Shown: positions 18,530 to 28,804, numbered from the stretch's first letter. The stretch is 32,000 nt of DNA from Cuniculiplasma divulgatum (GCF_900083515.1 NZ_LT671858.1:1020001-1052000), one strand, 5' to 3'. The notes: generated from the letters alone by a model not told the origin. Program-made: numbers and translations.

Positions 18530-19030
18530 GTGTTGATAGAGGATTTAGATAAATCTCAGAACTATACCACAACCACAGTTGCATTAGTTACCTCTAGAAA
18601 TGGAAATGTGGATAATGTTATGTCAGCTGAATGGAGCATAAGGGTGTCCATAGATCCATTTCTCATAGGAGTTATGGTGGGGTATGAGCGTGAATCATAC
18701 AGACTTATATCCAGATCTGGAGAATTTGGTATCAATTACTGCTCAGATGAACAGGGAGAACTTGCTCATATTGCCGGTAACTACTCTTTGAAAGATACTA
18801 ACAAATTTCAAAAAGGACATATAGCTACTTTTTATGGCAAGTTCATAAAAGCGCCCTTAATAGAGGGGTGTATATCAGTATACGAGTGCCGGGTAATTAA
18901 TGAATTCAAAGTAGGAGATCACGCTGCTTTCATTGGAGAGGTACTGAATGGCTACTACGATGGTACTAAGAAACCTCTGGTTTTCCACCAGGGAAAATTC
19001 TTTCATCTTGGTGACAGAATCTCCCATTAA
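18530..19030 (+). CDS. flavin reductase-like (FMN-binding split-barrel) domain protein
   Basis: 166 aa with a GTG start. VALVTS...NVMSAEW......P.L.GV.V......Y.LI..SGEFGIN is typical of the flavin_reduct family. Confidence 0.7.
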   Translation: MLIEDLDKSQNYTTTTVALVTSRNGNVDNVMSAEWSIRVSIDPFLIGVMVGYERESYRLISRSGEFGINYCSDEQGELAHIAGNYSLKDTNKFQKGHIATFYGKFIKAPLIEGCISVYECRVINEFKVGDHAAFIGEVLNGYYDGTKKPLVFHQGKFFHLGDRISH

Positions 19031-19180
19031 AATTTAGTTCTGTAATCCTACAAATAATTATTCATAAATTTCATAATCGTCAAACGAATCTTTGAATTTT
19101 CTGTTGAACTTTGATCTTATAAAAAATTAATTTATTCAAAAATGAATTGAAATAAAGGTTAATAAAAATCGTATGGCTGA

Positions 19181-21223
19181 TTAAAACAGCCTGGAAAATA
19201 TACTTGAGTCAGCCTGCATAGATGATACGAATGCCTGTACATTGTTTGATGAATTTTGATTTGCTACTGCCACTGAACTGGATGCTGAAGATCCGTGATA
19301 TGAAATGGTCAGTAAGTTATAGAAGTAACCAACGAACGCGTTATCAACGAACCCGTGGACATAGGGCTGTATGAAATATACGTTGTTTGGCATTGGAAGC
19401 CAGATATATGCTGATAGGTTATAGGTAATGTTGTATATTTCTTTCATGTCATGGGCCTGGACTGCAGATGACTGGAAATCAAGGGTTGAAAAGAGATTCT
19501 GCAACGTCTTATTATTTACAAACGCATCATTTCCGCCTAGAGCTCCACCCTGCTGTATATCGTACACAGGCATTAACTGCTGTCCAATTGGATCTGGATA
19601 ATCAGGTACCCATCCAAGGTCCATAAACCTCGGGAATGAACTGTTTTTCGTAAGACCTGCAAATGTTGCCTCAGTAACTGATTTTGATGCAAAATGCAGT
19701 CCAATTTTAGCGAAGGAACCAATAGCATATGTAAACTGAGCAGTTTCTATTGAATTTATTGGTGATATTCCAGTAAGATTGAATGTAACTGCAGTACTAA
19801 GATCATATCCAGATGTATCTCCATATTTATGAGTACCAACTGTTACGTAGTATCCTGATTCATTTCCAGCCATTGATATGTTCTGTAATGCGTATTTAAG
19901 ATTCTGGCTCTGCAATGGGAGGTTTAGAGGATTGTAGAATGCGCTACCATATGAAGGGGAAATTGGTCCAAGCTCATTGTAAGCCTCTGGTTGACCATTG
20001 TAATTGTTGTTATATATGCTAGTTTGTTCTGTATAGTTATTTGCCTCTATAAGTGCTCTTCTGAAATGTATGTTGTTGGTGTATGATCTTTCTGTATTCA
20101 TTGAGAAGTAAAATACTCCATCTATTGGGAATGATTTTACAAGATTATAATTGGCTTCTGAGCTATTATAGAAACTAGTTATAATGTTCTTGAAGGATGC
20201 AGGGGAAACTGTAGATATTTGTGACGTATTCTTGTCAAATTCCTCAACTCTGTCTGCGTGAGATAGTGCATATTTTATGACTATTTCCTGAATGTGAGGA
20301 GCTTGGAGGGATGAGGGTGTGTTTGTGCTTTTAGATACCCAGTAGTTAGGATTTGCCTGCAGAACCACAGTATCAAGACCGGCACTTGCAGATTTTACTT
20401 CGTATGGCCCAGTTCCAATTGCACCATTATCGTTGATGTAGGTATTTTGCTGATTATATATCACTCCACCATTTGCGTCAACTTGTCCTGGATATATTAC
20501 TGCTCCCCACCATCCGGCCAGATCTGATAGCATGAATGAATAAACATAGAGACCCTTTACTGTAACAGTGTAATTCCCATTAACAACAACAGCCTGATGA
20601 GCATAACTCATTAGCATCATGTTTGATTTGTTTGTGTTAAAATTAGACAGTACATAATCAAGAGCGTTTGCAGTATTTTTAGTTGTTACTGTTAAGTTAT
20701 TTCCTTTAACGTTGTAATGAGAAAGAGTATCGTTTTCAAATGCTCCAATTGTGCCCCATGGTAATGCAATACCAGTTGCTGCATAGTCAGAAGCATTAAA
20801 CAGTATATTTGGGTAGTTAGATGTGGATACTCCCTGCCCCATTATGATTGTCCTGTAGATTGAAAACCAAACATCAGGAGCAGTCATGGGTTTTCCATTA
20901 CTGAATGTGACATGTTGTCTCAATGTGAAAGTATAATTCTGTTGTGAAACATTTGTTACACTTTTAGCGAGAGCCGGCACAACTCCTACACCAGAATTAT
21001 GGAACTCAGTTAATTCCTGATACAAGGCAGTATAAAGCGGCTCATCTGTCGTAAAAAATCCCGTTGCTGGATCCAGTTCCCCTGGTGCAGCAGTTTGAGA
21101 TGTGTCAGTAAGTACTGAGGATGTAGCTTTAGCTGGATGATAAAATTCCAGTACAGAAACACCCGCGGCAATCAAAATGACAACAACCACGACAGCTATT
21201 ATAGCATTAGTATGTTTTACCAT
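19181..21223 (-). CDS. ABC transporter substrate-binding protein, family 5 (peptide/nickel, DppA/OppA-like), membrane-anchored
   Basis: 680 aa with an N-terminal TM anchor AIIAVVVVVILIAAGVSVL. SBP_bac_5-like core (FTLRQHVTFSNGKPMTAPDV, GTGPYEV). Many N-x-S/T sequons and a Ser-rich tail. It is the last gene of the dpp-like cluster. Confidence 0.8.
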   Translation of the reverse strand: MVKHTNAIIAVVVVVILIAAGVSVLEFYHPAKATSSVLTDTSQTAAPGELDPATGFFTTDEPLYTALYQELTEFHNSGVGVVPALAKSVTNVSQQNYTFTLRQHVTFSNGKPMTAPDVWFSIYRTIIMGQGVSTSNYPNILFNASDYAATGIALPWGTIGAFENDTLSHYNVKGNNLTVTTKNTANALDYVLSNFNTNKSNMMLMSYAHQAVVVNGNYTVTVKGLYVYSFMLSDLAGWWGAVIYPGQVDANGGVIYNQQNTYINDNGAIGTGPYEVKSASAGLDTVVLQANPNYWVSKSTNTPSSLQAPHIQEIVIKYALSHADRVEEFDKNTSQISTVSPASFKNIITSFYNSSEANYNLVKSFPIDGVFYFSMNTERSYTNNIHFRRALIEANNYTEQTSIYNNNYNGQPEAYNELGPISPSYGSAFYNPLNLPLQSQNLKYALQNISMAGNESGYYVTVGTHKYGDTSGYDLSTAVTFNLTGISPINSIETAQFTYAIGSFAKIGLHFASKSVTEATFAGLTKNSSFPRFMDLGWVPDYPDPIGQQLMPVYDIQQGGALGGNDAFVNNKTLQNLFSTLDFQSSAVQAHDMKEIYNITYNLSAYIWLPMPNNVYFIQPYVHGFVDNAFVGYFYNLLTISYHGSSASSSVAVANQNSSNNVQAFVSSMQADSSIFSRLF

Positions 21224-21373
21224 AAGCCTAAATAGTTAAATGCTAAATATAAAGATTATGGTAATTTTTAAGTCAATTATATATCATGGAAACCAACAAA
21301 ATCCGAGAAAACCTACTAATTAATATTAAGAATTTAATATATATTATTCACAATTCTATCAAATTTACTTATT

Positions 21374-21772
21374 TCAATCGGAAAATCTTTCACCCAGAAC
21401 TATTTTTAAGTCGCTGTGAATTTTATTTCCCAGTGGTTTATCTTTTATGAGAAGATTTCGTCCCCTTGATATAATGTAGATTGATTCCAAACCAAATTTC
21501 TTTTGAAGGTAACCTTGAGTTGAAAAAGCCTCAGACACGTTTCTTGATAGAATTGTGTGATTGAGGAAGAAATTCTTAACTTCTATCTCTGAATCCGTTA
21601 TTATAAATTTATAATTTCTTTTCCAAAGTATATACAAAGCAACCAATAGATAGGATATTAAAAGGAAAATAAGATAATTGGTGAAATTTTTTGGTGAAAT
21701 TTCTAGAAATACAGAGAAAATGGCTATCAGGATTGTAGCTTTTAATGTAGTTTTAATTTCCATTGCTCCCAT
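21374..21772 (-). CDS. membrane protein with bacterial-PH (bPH_2/DUF304, YdbS/YdbT-like) domain
   Basis: 132 aa. Two N-terminal TM helices are followed by YKFIITDSEIEVKN.......GLESIYIISRG. Overlaps the upstream ATPase gene by 20 nt. Confidence 0.6.
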   Translation of the reverse strand: MGAMEIKTTLKATILIAIFSVFLEISPKNFTNYLIFLLISYLLVALYILWKRNYKFIITDSEIEVKNFFLNHTILSRNVSEAFSTQGYLQKKFGLESIYIISRGRNLLIKDKPLGNKIHSDLKIVLGERFSD

Positions 21773-22706
21773 ATAACCAGCACATCACTTTTACCCCATT
21801 TACATCTGCATAACCAGGTTCCCTCGTTTTGCATATTTCCATGACGAAAGGGCATCTGTTATGGAATCTGCAGCCCTCAGGAGGATTGATAAGGCTTGGT
21901 ACGTCGCCTACTGGAGAGGCGACCTCCTTGCTGTTAAAAGATGGAATAGAACTGATCAGAAGTTGAGTATAAGGATGTTGAGGTGACTCAAGAATCTTTT
22001 TAGTATCGCCAATTTCAACTGCCTGACCAGCATATATAACGACCATTTCGTCACTTATGTATTTAGCTACTCCTATATTATGAGTTATAAAGATGTATGT
22101 AAGATTGCTCTTTTTCTGGATAGATATAAGAAGATTTAACATCTGAGCCTGTATCGATTCATCTAGGGCGGACGTTGGTTCGTCAAGAACAAGTAATTTT
22201 GGCTCCTTAATTAGTGCCCTTGCAATCGCGATTCTCTGAACCTGACCTCCAGAAAATTCTCTTGGCTGTTTATCCTTCGAATCATCATAATCCAGTCCAA
22301 CGGAATTTAGAACATTTTTTACTGCCTCTTCATCGAATCTTCCCAATGGTTCTGAAACAAGATCCTTTACTTTCATTCGGGGATTAATAGATGTTGAAGG
22401 ATTTTGAAAAACCATTGAAACATTTTTTCTCACGTTCCTGATACTGTTTTGATTGATCTCTTTTCCTTCATAATAGATCTTTCCTTCAGAGGGCTCTTCG
22501 ATAGTGGCAACAATCTTACCAAGTGTAGACTTTCCAGAACCACTTTCTCCAACTACTGAGAGAATTTTTCCAGTTTCAATTGTCAAGTTAATGTTCTCAA
22601 GTGCCCTTACATTCGGTATCTTTCTCCTTGCAATAGTGTCTAGTAACTGTTTTTTCTGGACAGGATATAATTTTTTAACATTTTCAAATCTGAATATTTC
22701 ACTCAT
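21753..22706 (-). CDS. peptide ABC transporter ATP-binding protein (DppF/OppF type)
   Basis: Walker A GESGSGKST, signature FSGGQVQR, Walker B LLVLDEPTSALD, and C-terminal oligopeptide-type Cys motif GCRFHNRCP. Confidence 0.9.
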   Translation of the reverse strand: MSEIFRFENVKKLYPVQKKQLLDTIARRKIPNVRALENINLTIETGKILSVVGESGSGKSTLGKIVATIEEPSEGKIYYEGKEINQNSIRNVRKNVSMVFQNPSTSINPRMKVKDLVSEPLGRFDEEAVKNVLNSVGLDYDDSKDKQPREFSGGQVQRIAIARALIKEPKLLVLDEPTSALDESIQAQMLNLLISIQKKSNLTYIFITHNIGVAKYISDEMVVIYAGQAVEIGDTKKILESPQHPYTQLLISSIPSFNSKEVASPVGDVPSLINPPEGCRFHNRCPFVMEICKTREPGYADVNGVKVMCWLYGSNGN

Positions 22707-23667
22707 AAAGCCAGCACCTCACCATAATATCTTGCTGGTAATTTATCAACTTAGGTTCTTCCTTTCTGCATTTATCAAACACCTTATTGCATCTGGGGTT
22801 AAATCTGCATCCTGTCGGCATATCGAAAAAAGAAGGTGGAGAGCCAGGAATAGAATATAATTCCCCAGAGGATTTATAGTTACTAGGGACACTTCTAAGC
22901 AGACCTTCTGTGTAGGGGTGCAGAGGCTTTTTTACAATATTTTCAGCAGGACTATTTTCTGCAATTCGACCTGCATACATTACAAGTATCCTATCGGATA
23001 AAACATATGCCAAACTGAGATCATGTGTTATGAAAATAATGGACATTTTAAATTCCTTATTTAACTGCTTCAATAGATTTATAACCTGTGCCTGTATGGT
23101 TACATCTAGAGCTGTTGTTGGTTCGTCGGCTATAAGCAATCTTGGCTTTAAAATTATAGCCATAGATATGACTACTCTCTGAACCTGACCTCCAGAAAGC
23201 TCATGTGGGTATCGTTTCATTATTTCCTCTGGATCTGGTAGCCTCATGATTTTTAACGTTTCTACAGCTTCTTTATGCATATCATTTTCAGAAAGATTCT
23301 CATTCTTTCGCTGGCTTCTAATTCTGATTGCCTCAATAAGCTGATACCCAACTCTCTTAACAGGGTTTAAACTGTTCAGAGGATTCTGAAAGATCATGAA
23401 AACACTTGTTCCCCTGTAAATTGTCATTTGATCCTCAGTTAATTTCACCACATCCCTGTTTTCAAACAAAATTTCCCCGGATACCACTCCAGACATGGGT
23501 AACAATTTTGTGACTGCCTGCCCAAGAGTACTTTTACCTGAACCCGATTCCCCTACTATGGAAATAATCTGTCCTTCTTCCATCTTCAGGCTGAAATCCT
23601 CAAGCACTGTTGAAATGCCATTTATGGTTTTGTAGCTTACCTTTAAATTATTTACTTCCAGTAACAA
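22699..23667 (-). CDS. peptide ABC transporter ATP-binding protein (DppD/OppD type)
   Basis: Walker A GESGSGKST, signature LSGGQVQR, Walker B LLIADEPTTALD, and C-terminal GCRFNPRC. Confidence 0.9.
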   Translation of the reverse strand: MLLEVNNLKVSYKTINGISTVLEDFSLKMEEGQIISIVGESGSGKSTLGQAVTKLLPMSGVVSGEILFENRDVVKLTEDQMTIYRGTSVFMIFQNPLNSLNPVKRVGYQLIEAIRIRSQRKNENLSENDMHKEAVETLKIMRLPDPEEIMKRYPHELSGGQVQRVVISMAIILKPRLLIADEPTTALDVTIQAQVINLLKQLNKEFKMSIIFITHDLSLAYVLSDRILVMYAGRIAENSPAENIVKKPLHPYTEGLLRSVPSNYKSSGELYSIPGSPPSFFDMPTGCRFNPRCNKVFDKCRKEEPKLINYQQDIMVRCWLYE

Positions 23668-23676
23668 TTGATCACC

Positions 23677-24630
23677 TTAATAGTCTATCCTGTTGTTTAT
23701 GAGGTCTTGATACCTGTCTCCGACCAGAACGAATCCTATCACTATAACTAAAATTGTAATCCCCGGGAAGAATGAATACCACCAGTCCGCTGGTAGATAA
23801 CTCAACCCATTTGAGGCCATTGCACCAAGCTCTGGTATCGGAATCGATAAACCTATGCCTAGAAACGCAAGGGTTGAATACGTTAGAATTACATTTCCAA
23901 AATCCAATGCAGCATATGCAATAATCGGATCTACACTGTTCAGGAAGAGATATTTTATAAAGAAATTGTGAGTTTTAACGTTATTAATTTTTGCTGCCTC
24001 TACAAAATCCATGTTCTTTAATCTCAATACCTGACCTCTGAAAAACCTTGTATATGTTGGCCACCATACTATACTCAACCCCAATATGACACCAGAATAA
24101 GTAGCTCTCAATGGAATTGATATTGCAATTACAAGGATTAACGCAGGTATTGCCAGAAAAGAATCGGTCAACCTCATAATTATTGTTTCGAGCCATCCAC
24201 CTTTATACGCAGCACTAATCCCAAGAATAGCACCTATGACTATTGCAGAGAAAACCACTATAACAGATACGAATGCATCTCTCGGCATTGCAAAGAGCAT
24301 TCTAGATAGAATACTTTCCCCTTCAAGGTTTGTTCCAAACCAAAATGCTACCGATTTTGTTGAAGGTGGTAAGAGACTATTTGCCAAAACAGTGTGATAT
24401 GGATCTGATGGTAACAAAATATAACCCCAGCTGGAATACTTAGGAAATGATGACATATACTCCAGAAAACCCTGTATTGCGGACCAGCCAAGAAATGCAA
24501 CGACTATAATCATCCCAATAATAGCCGACTTATCCTTTGACATCAGTTTCAGGAAATTTGACCTCTTTTTGAAGGCTGTCTTTCTTGCCCCTTTTTTTTC
24601 TTCGTCCTTGTGTGTTTGTTCATTGATCAT
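23677..24630 (-). CDS. peptide ABC transporter permease (DppC/OppC type)
   Basis: 317 aa polytopic protein with a BPD_transp_1-type EAA region (FVEAAKINNVKTHNFFIKYLFLNS). Confidence 0.85.
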   Translation of the reverse strand: MINEQTHKDEEKKGARKTAFKKRSNFLKLMSKDKSAIIGMIIVVAFLGWSAIQGFLEYMSSFPKYSSWGYILLPSDPYHTVLANSLLPPSTKSVAFWFGTNLEGESILSRMLFAMPRDAFVSVIVVFSAIVIGAILGISAAYKGGWLETIIMRLTDSFLAIPALILVIAISIPLRATYSGVILGLSIVWWPTYTRFFRGQVLRLKNMDFVEAAKINNVKTHNFFIKYLFLNSVDPIIAYAALDFGNVILTYSTLAFLGIGLSIPIPELGAMASNGLSYLPADWWYSFFPGITILVIVIGFVLVGDRYQDLINNRIDY

Positions 24631-25658
24631 TCCAGCCTCACCCTTGGATCAAGAATACCATATAGTATATCCGCAACCAGATTTGCTATTATAATAGAGA
24701 TGGCTATTATGATAGTAGTTCCTAAAATTGCAATATAATCCAAATTAGTAATGGCATAAACTATGAACCATCCCATTCCGTGATAGTCAAAAATATCTTC
24801 AACAACAACTGCACCTGCAACTGCGTATCCAAAAGACAGAGCTAAAAGTGTAACTATTGGTATGGAAGCATTTCTGAGAGCTACGGTATAAACAGCTCTT
24901 TTCCTTGAGATTCCTTTCATCAAACCCAGCTTGAAATATTCTGATTCCATGGAATCTAGCATACTGGATCTTGTTAATCTTGTAATTATACCAAAACTTA
25001 GCAATCCTATTGCAATAATAGGCAGAATCATATGATGAATTAAACTAATAAAATAAGTAAAGTCTCCAGCTATTAGAGCATTTAAAAGCGGAAACCCTGT
25101 GACATTTGGAGGAGATATTAACAGTGGGTTCACTAATCCGGTAGCTGGTAGTAGACCAAGGTCATACGCAAAAAATAGTTGCAAAACTATTGCGACCAAA
25201 AAAGGTGGTGATGCCCAAGTAATAAGATAAACACCCTTTACTGCCTGATCTCCAGCCTTCCTTCTCTTTGAAGCGCCGAATGCTCCGGTAAATAATCCAA
25301 GAAACATAGATAATATAAGCGCCGGAATGACAAGCTCAAGCGTTCTTGGTAGGTATCTGGCTATTAACTGAATTTCAGGCCTGTGATAAGACGGATCAAA
25401 TCCTAGATTCCCGTGAAAAATATTAGAAATATAGTTAAGCACCTGATATTCAAGAGGTGCCTTTAGATCATATTCGCTAATAATTGCATCCAGTTGCGAT
25501 TTAGTGGTGTGTCCCGGCCCAGCGTATACCTTGGCGAGGGAGTAAGGATTTGGTGCAACAGCGTGAATCAGAAGATACACAATCGTTATAATAAGGAGCA
25601 GAGAAACTACCGCATATATTGCTCTTCTTACTATATACAGAACTAGATTTGTGTTCAC
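24627..25658 (-). CDS. peptide ABC transporter permease (DppB/OppB type)
   Basis: 343 aa. N-terminal YIVRR...... and EAA-like YFKLGLMKGISRKRAVYTVALRNA. 4-nt overlap with the next gene. Confidence 0.85.
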   Translation of the reverse strand: MNTNLVLYIVRRAIYAVVSLLLIITIVYLLIHAVAPNPYSLAKVYAGPGHTTKSQLDAIISEYDLKAPLEYQVLNYISNIFHGNLGFDPSYHRPEIQLIARYLPRTLELVIPALILSMFLGLFTGAFGASKRRKAGDQAVKGVYLITWASPPFLVAIVLQLFFAYDLGLLPATGLVNPLLISPPNVTGFPLLNALIAGDFTYFISLIHHMILPIIAIGLLSFGIITRLTRSSMLDSMESEYFKLGLMKGISRKRAVYTVALRNASIPIVTLLALSFGYAVAGAVVVEDIFDYHGMGWFIVYAITNLDYIAILGTTIIIAISIIIANLVADILYGILDPRVRLE

Positions 25659-25840
25659 TAGTGCAGAATTTAATTACACTATTTAATGATTTATAGCATT
25701 TAAGTGAGAATTATGTTTCAATTTACTTAATTTTATGCAGATTTTGTATACAAAATTACAATCAAATACTAAAATAAATTAGTAGATATAAAAAAGAGAT
25801 ATATTACTATATAATTAATTTTTTACAAAACTAAAAAAAG

Positions 25841-25915
25841 CGGGCTTGGTGGGATTCGGACCCACGATCACCGACTTAGAAGGACGGTGCCTTATCCAGA
25901 CTAGGCCACAAGCCC
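25841..25915 (-). tRNA. tRNA-Arg (anticodon UCU), no encoded CCA; atypical T-loop
   Basis: Hand fold. Acceptor GGGCUUG/CAAGCCC. D-arm GCCU-AGUCUGGAUA-AGGC. Anticodon arm CCGUC-CUUCUAA-GUCGG with a U30-U40 mismatch. T-arm GUGGG-UCCGAAU-CCCAC. Discriminator G followed by C and a T7 run (minus strand). 75 nt. Confidence 0.75.
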
Positions 25916-25938
25916 ATGCAAGGAAAATACTAACTGGC

Positions 25939-25950
25939 ATAAATATTTTT
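25939..25950. promoter_or_regulatory. palindromic TATA-like element (ATAAATATTTTT) between divergent tRNA-Arg and the Pcc1-like gene
   Basis: The AAATATTT core (25941-25948) is a perfect palindrome. It lies about 30 nt from the tRNA 5' end (25915) and about 27 nt from the GTG at 25972. Confidence 0.35.
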
Positions 25951-25971
25951 GAGTTAAATGCATATCTAATT

Positions 25972-26214
25972 GTGGTAGAGAAAACAATTTCAGTTACATT
26001 AGATTTTGAAAAGAGCTGGTATTTGAAGCAAATACTTGCAATACTACCAAATATTGATGAAATATCCGGTAGAACTCAAATAAACACTCGGGAAACTGAA
26101 CAATCCTTTCAAATTTATATAGAAGCGAGGGATACTGTTGCAATAAGGGCTGCACTAGGTTCGATAACAAGATGGATTCTAATTGCAGACAGGTTAGTTA
26201 AAGAGGTGCAATGA
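25972..26214 (+). CDS. pcc1: KEOPS complex subunit Pcc1-like protein
   Basis: I trimmed the track ORF 25846..26214, whose 5' part overlaps the tRNA on the other strand. The in-frame GTG at 25972 gives 80 aa. The motif FQIYIEARDTVAIRAALGSITRWILIADRL matches the Pcc1/CTAG signature (..A.D..alRAalns..rwl). It has the usual archaeal position next to prefoldin beta. Confidence 0.6.
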   Translation: MVEKTISVTLDFEKSWYLKQILAILPNIDEISGRTQINTRETEQSFQIYIEARDTVAIRAALGSITRWILIADRLVKEVQ

Positions 26215-26574
26215 GTGGAAGGTGGAATAAGTAACTATTTACAAAATCAAGTAAGACAGGCTCAACAGATTGAAAACCAGATAGAACAGATAGGCACTCA
26301 AAAATATCAACTTGAAGTGAGAATTAAGGAACTTTCTAAGACCCTTGAGGAACTTGGGAAAGTGGGAGAAGGAATGCCAATATATAGAAGCGTGGGACCG
26401 GTCTTATATAAAGTTGATGACAAAAACAAATTAATAGAAGAACTCAAAGAGCAAAAAGAGTTGAGTGAAATTAGGATAAATACCATTGAAAAACAACAGA
26501 AAGCCCTTGAAGAGAAATATAAAGAAATAGAGGAAGTTATTAAGAAAGCATATTCAGAAAGTAAGACTAAATAA
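26215..26574 (+). CDS. pfdB: prefoldin beta subunit
   Basis: 119 aa. Two coiled-coil arms flank a beta-hairpin core (PIYRSVGPVLYKVD). The GTG start abuts the upstream TGA. Confidence 0.85.
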   Translation: MEGGISNYLQNQVRQAQQIENQIEQIGTQKYQLEVRIKELSKTLEELGKVGEGMPIYRSVGPVLYKVDDKNKLIEELKEQKELSEIRINTIEKQQKALEEKYKEIEEVIKKAYSESKTK

Positions 26575-26583
26575 GGAAGTTTT

Positions 26584-27477
26584 ATGGATAAATATAAAGA
26601 TGTTCAGGGTGGAGAACCTGTTCATCTACTAAATGTGGACAGAGTTGGAGTCAAAAATGTAAGGGTTCCAATAACGGTGAGAAGGGGAAATGATGTTTTT
26701 AATTTGTCCGTTAGTCTAAACGTATTTGTTGATCTTCCTTCCTGGAGAAAGGGTGCTGATATGTCAAGAACCATTGAATCGATAAATTCCGTTATTAATG
26801 GTCATAAAAGCGAAGACGCCATAGAACATGTATCTATGGAGATTTGTAAAGAATGCCTTAAAAGATTTGACTATTCACAAAAGGCAATGGTAGAAATGAA
26901 TACAGTGCTTTATCTTAACAGGAATGCCTCTGGAGGTTCTGAATCGTTTGTTCCCTATGAAGTTAAGGTAAATTCAGAACTTGATAGGAATGGAACCAGC
27001 AAGACTACCTTATCTGTTGAAATAATGGTAATAAACGCATGTCCATGTGCAATGGAAACGGCAAGGACAATACTAAAGGAAAGTATTCCTGAGGCTACTG
27101 AAATACTTGATAAGATTCCAGTAATAACTCACAATCAAAGGAATCACATTGTAATTAAAATAGAATACAGAGGTAATCTTGATATTGAAATCAAGAATTT
27201 AATAGAATTTGTGGAAGGTAGAATGAATGGTTCACTTCTACCACTCCTGAAGAGATCAGACGAGGGTGAGATGGTTGTAAAAGCTCATTTAAATCCTATG
27301 TTTGTTGAAGATATTGTAAGGGATATTTCATTTAATATAGTGAGGTATTTTTCTGAAATCGGAGATGATGTTAGATTAACAATATCATCCGAAAGTGAAG
27401 AAAGCATTCATCCCCACAATGCATTTGCGGAGATAAGTTCGACTTTTGGACAGATAAGAAAAGAAAATAGTAATTAA
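26584..27477 (+). CDS. GTP cyclohydrolase, FolE2/MptA (GCYH-IB/type IV) family
   Basis: VDLPSWRKGADMSR, NACPCA, ITHNQRNH, LLKRSDEGEMVVKAHLNPMFVEDIVRDI, and SESEESIHPHNAFAEI are collinear with FolE2/MptA hallmarks recalled from N. gonorrhoeae FolE2. Confidence 0.8.
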   Translation: MDKYKDVQGGEPVHLLNVDRVGVKNVRVPITVRRGNDVFNLSVSLNVFVDLPSWRKGADMSRTIESINSVINGHKSEDAIEHVSMEICKECLKRFDYSQKAMVEMNTVLYLNRNASGGSESFVPYEVKVNSELDRNGTSKTTLSVEIMVINACPCAMETARTILKESIPEATEILDKIPVITHNQRNHIVIKIEYRGNLDIEIKNLIEFVEGRMNGSLLPLLKRSDEGEMVVKAHLNPMFVEDIVRDISFNIVRYFSEIGDDVRLTISSESEESIHPHNAFAEISSTFGQIRKENSN

Positions 27478-27878
27478 TTCTTATTTGCTTTCAGCATTTT
27501 AATAACTGCTTCAACCGCGCTTCTGGCCTTTTCAATTCTTGCTTCTGCCTGTAATCTTGTCTGTCCAGGACCAGTAACTCCAAGCGACACTGGCATTCCT
27601 GTTTCAATGGATATATCCATGATTTTTCTTGCTGCGTTCTGCATTATAATGTCATCATGATCTGTTTCTCCCTGAATGACAGCACCCAGTGTAACAACAC
27701 CGTCCACGTTTCCTGCTTCAATAAGTCTTTTTACGCCGAGTGGGATCTCAAAAGTTCCGGGTACCTTAAGTACTTCTGAAACCTCACCACCAAGAAACTT
27801 AACGTGATCTATGGCTCTTTCCAGCATCATCATTGTAATATCATAATTATATTCCGATACAACTATTCCAATTTTCAT
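27474..27878 (-). CDS. ribH: 6,7-dimethyl-8-ribityllumazine synthase
   Basis: 134 aa. IGIVVSEYN.DIT, VPGTFEIP, and LGAVIQGETDH are typical of lumazine synthase. Confidence 0.9.
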   Translation of the reverse strand: MKIGIVVSEYNYDITMMMLERAIDHVKFLGGEVSEVLKVPGTFEIPLGVKRLIEAGNVDGVVTLGAVIQGETDHDDIIMQNAARKIMDISIETGMPVSLGVTGPGQTRLQAEARIEKARSAVEAVIKMLKANKN

Positions 27879-27889
27879 ATTTTTTCACC

Positions 27890-28804
<915 letters not shown>

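Noticed and set aside
18393-18584. 63-aa ORF overlapping the J-protein start and the divergent promoter region.
   Set aside because: It overlaps two better-supported genes and their intergenic region, and has no motif.
25846-25971. 5' portion of track ORF 25846-26214.
   Set aside because: It overlaps tRNA-Arg(UCU) on the opposite strand and the intergenic promoter. Only the last 80 codons look Pcc1-like, so I re-started the CDS at the GTG at 25972.
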